Below, piece after piece: positions 61,533 to 64,000 of a stretch of DNA of 64,000 nt. Made by a program: the position numbers and the translations under genes. This stretch comes from Zygnema circumcarinatum SAG 698-1b (lineage: Eukaryota; Plantae; Zygnematophyceae), in NCBI GenBank assembly GCA_037447605.1, contig CM074804.1, positions 806,001-870,000 of the forward strand, written 5' to 3'. The first letter of the stretch is position 1. Each line of letters starts with the position of its first letter. Under the pieces are notes generated by a model. The model made no database searches and was not told where the DNA came from. It worked only from the letters and a program-made list of their open reading frames with translations.

Positions 61533-64000
61533 TGTTGAGAATCCGACATTCTCAGTTTTGTCGTACTATTTTGTCGTTTTCCCAGCCACGTGTACTTACA
61601 CCTGGCTGTGCTTTTAGCTTGTACTTTTCTGTTAGTTTAGTTGTACCTTTGCGGCTGTGTGCTTCACACCCGGCCGCCCTTGCTCAGGCTAGTTCCNNNN
61701 NNNNNNACGTTAATCACACATCTGTCTTTTTGTGTCAACTCTCTCTGTCCTCACTTTGATCGTACAATGTCCACTCCGTCTTTTTCAATAGGTTATGGGC
61801 CCACTCATGCCTCAAATGCGCTTGAAAAATTTGATGGGACAAATTGGCACGACTGGACGTTTCAGTGCCAGCAGCTTTTTGAGGAAGAGAATCTGTGGTC
61901 TGTCGTTACTGGTCTAGAGACCTGTCCTTTGCCACTTCCCTCCACACGGCCAGGCGGCCGCCAGCAGCTGCGCGGCGAAGGAGGAGATGCGCCGATTGGA
62001 CAAAAGCCCAGCGACAAGAAGTTTCTCCATCACTTCGGCATTAAGTAGCGGTCTCGCCGGACCGTCCGTGGCGCCCGCAACTCCCACGGCAGCTTGGACT
62101 CTCGCCGACCAATCGCGTCTGAACACCGGAGTGGTCTCACAGAATTCCGTTTGCGGCGTGCCTTCACTAACTGCGTAAAGGAATCCTCTGAAACCATGCT
62201 GACATATACTGACCGCGTCAAATCCTTTGCTAGACGGCTTCGCAGCATTGATTGCGTAGTTCATGATGATGAGATCATCTGTAATCTTTTAGGCGGGCTG
62301 CCCGACTCTTTCCGGTCCTTCATCTCGTCCATTGATGCTGCCTCGATCTCACTAACCGTCGCTGATCTGACCGACCTTCTTTTGAACGAGGAGGAAAAAG
62401 ATTCCACCCCCTCCAGATCCTCCCACGCGTCCGCGCTTTTCGGATCTGGTCCTCCACCGCCCAAGTCTCCTGGCGCCCTCTTTTGTCGGTATTGCAAGGA
62501 ACAGACTCACGTAAAGGACAACTGTCCCGCTCTGGCCAAAAAGGAGGCGCGCCGACTTTTGCCGCGCCCGTCCGTACCTCCGCCCGCTGGCGCGGCAAAT
62601 ATCGCGGCGCCCTCTGATTTGGCCCCTGCGATTCGGTCCCCCGCTGAACCTGTCGTACAGCTTACGTGGCCACCCTCCCTCACGTTCCCTACCGCTCCCT
62701 TGGTCCCGCCGCCCGCCGCCCTTGAAGTACACCCTCTTCTCTTCACCCGGCCCCGGCGGCCGCCTTCCCACCGGGTGTCGATACATGGTGCTCGAGGATT
62801 CGGTCCACGCCTTCGACGCGGACCCTTTAGGTGAGCCTTCTCTCCACGACTCCGCGAAACCCCGTGACTCGGGTGCCTCCCATCATCTAACTTTTAAATT
62901 AGGTATTTGGTTCTCTCGGCTCTCTCCCTCCCTCTCCCCATGACCATTTTCTTGGGGATAACCCGGCTCGCCAGTACCTTACGCGTATGCGGCGAGGTTT
63001 CCACTCCTGGTGGCTGACGGTAGCTTCATCATCGATGGCGTCTACCTGGTGGATGGCCTCGCAAAGAATCTGTTTTCAGTAGCCTCCATCCTGATTTTAG
63101 GCATTTCAGCTCTTTTTAGGCCAGACGGGGTTACTTTCTTCACCCCAGACGCTGTAGTTGGGCACGGCCGCAAAACCGGCCGCTTGTTTTCCCTTACCTC
63201 TTTTGCAGCCTCCCTTGGGCACGCCCATGTTCACACCACTGACCCCCCCCTTACCTTTGCTCGGTGGCACCTCCGCTTTGGCCACCTTGCTGAAAGTAGC
63301 CTCAGAACTCTCGGACAGGGCTTAGTGTTAGGTTTAGACTCTTTCTCTACCGACAAGTTAGACTTTTGTTCAGGCTGTATTCAAGGGAAAATGACAAGAT
63401 TGCCTTTTCCCTCAAGCTCCACCCTTGTCTCTGAGCCTCTGGCACTCATTCATTCTGATGTCTGTGGCCCTATGCGTGATGTTAGCCTCGGCGGCGCATC
63501 ATACTTTGTCACTTTCATTGACCAAGCGACTCATTTTTCCATGTTTTCCCGCCAGCTCACAGAGTCGGCGTTTTTCTCACGTTTCGAGTTCAAAGCCGTC
63601 TGAGACCCTTCTCGGTCGCCGCGTAAGACCGCCGCTTGATAACGGAGTTTATGTCCACCGCCTTCTCCACATACCTTCGCTTTCACGCAGATCACCCATC
63701 GCACTACCGCCTCCCTACACCCCCCAAAGAAATGGAGTCGCCGAAGTGTTTAATCAAGCATCTATTCTATTGCCATGGCTCGCTTATGCTTCATTTTGCC
63801 GACCTCCCTAGCCACGGTAGGAAGCCATCTCCTGACCCTTGCAGCGGACAGCACCCCCCACCTGCGCCCTTCCTCCACGGCTCCCTCTGAGGGCTGGCGG
63901 CAAGCCCCTCCGTCTCCCACCTCCGTATTTTTGGGCTGCGAGGCTTGGTAGAAGATCCACTGAATCGGTCGTCGGCAAAATAGGGACGTAGCGGGCCGTG
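61533..64000 (+). mobile_element. Ty1/copia LTR retrotransposon, frameshifted, running out of the window
   Basis: 5' LTR 61533-61790 (TGTTGA...TCAATA); PBS GGTTATGGGCCCA 61791-61803; gag LEKFDGTNWHDW, zinc knuckle CRYCKEQTHVKDNC; protease DSGASHHLT; WHLRFGH...CSGCIQGK; integrase LIHSDVCGPM...YFVTFID, PYTPQRNGVAE. Confidence 0.93.

Overview
This is eukaryotic nuclear DNA from a green-plant lineage: intron-rich, with GA/CT microsatellites, a plant-type tRNA-His, PAA1 and a PIN gene. The gene content and divergence suggest a streptophyte alga or another non-seed plant (inference). Hand-spliced genes, in order: GRAM-VASt lipid-transfer protein (-), chloroplast Cu-ATPase PAA1/HMA6 (-), Tim17/22/23-family protein (+), a non-canonical PIN auxin-carrier homologue (-), a TM/Zn-finger/coiled-coil protein with a degenerate U-box (-), organellar RPS16 (-), tRNA-His (+), a secreted type-B carboxylesterase (+), two secreted 9-aa-repeat Pro-rich proteins (-), a FAS1 protein (+), BolA2 (+), a 13-exon bacterial-type GlnT/gamma-glutamylmethylamide synthetase (GmaS)-like gene (-) and a small basic protein (-). 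Mobile DNA: a composite repeat at 0.4-3 kb, a hAT-like element with an 8-bp TSD carrying a decayed non-LTR retrotransposon, a MITE with a paralogous empty site, and a decayed Ty1/copia element at the right end. The top candidate for novelty is the intact, fully intronised GmaS/GlnT-like gene, which suggests horizontally acquired methylamine/alkylamine assimilation in a plant-lineage genome. Next are the PIN with altered auxin-pocket residues and a secreted precursor of GK-terminated repeat peptides. All family calls come from motif recognition, not database searches.
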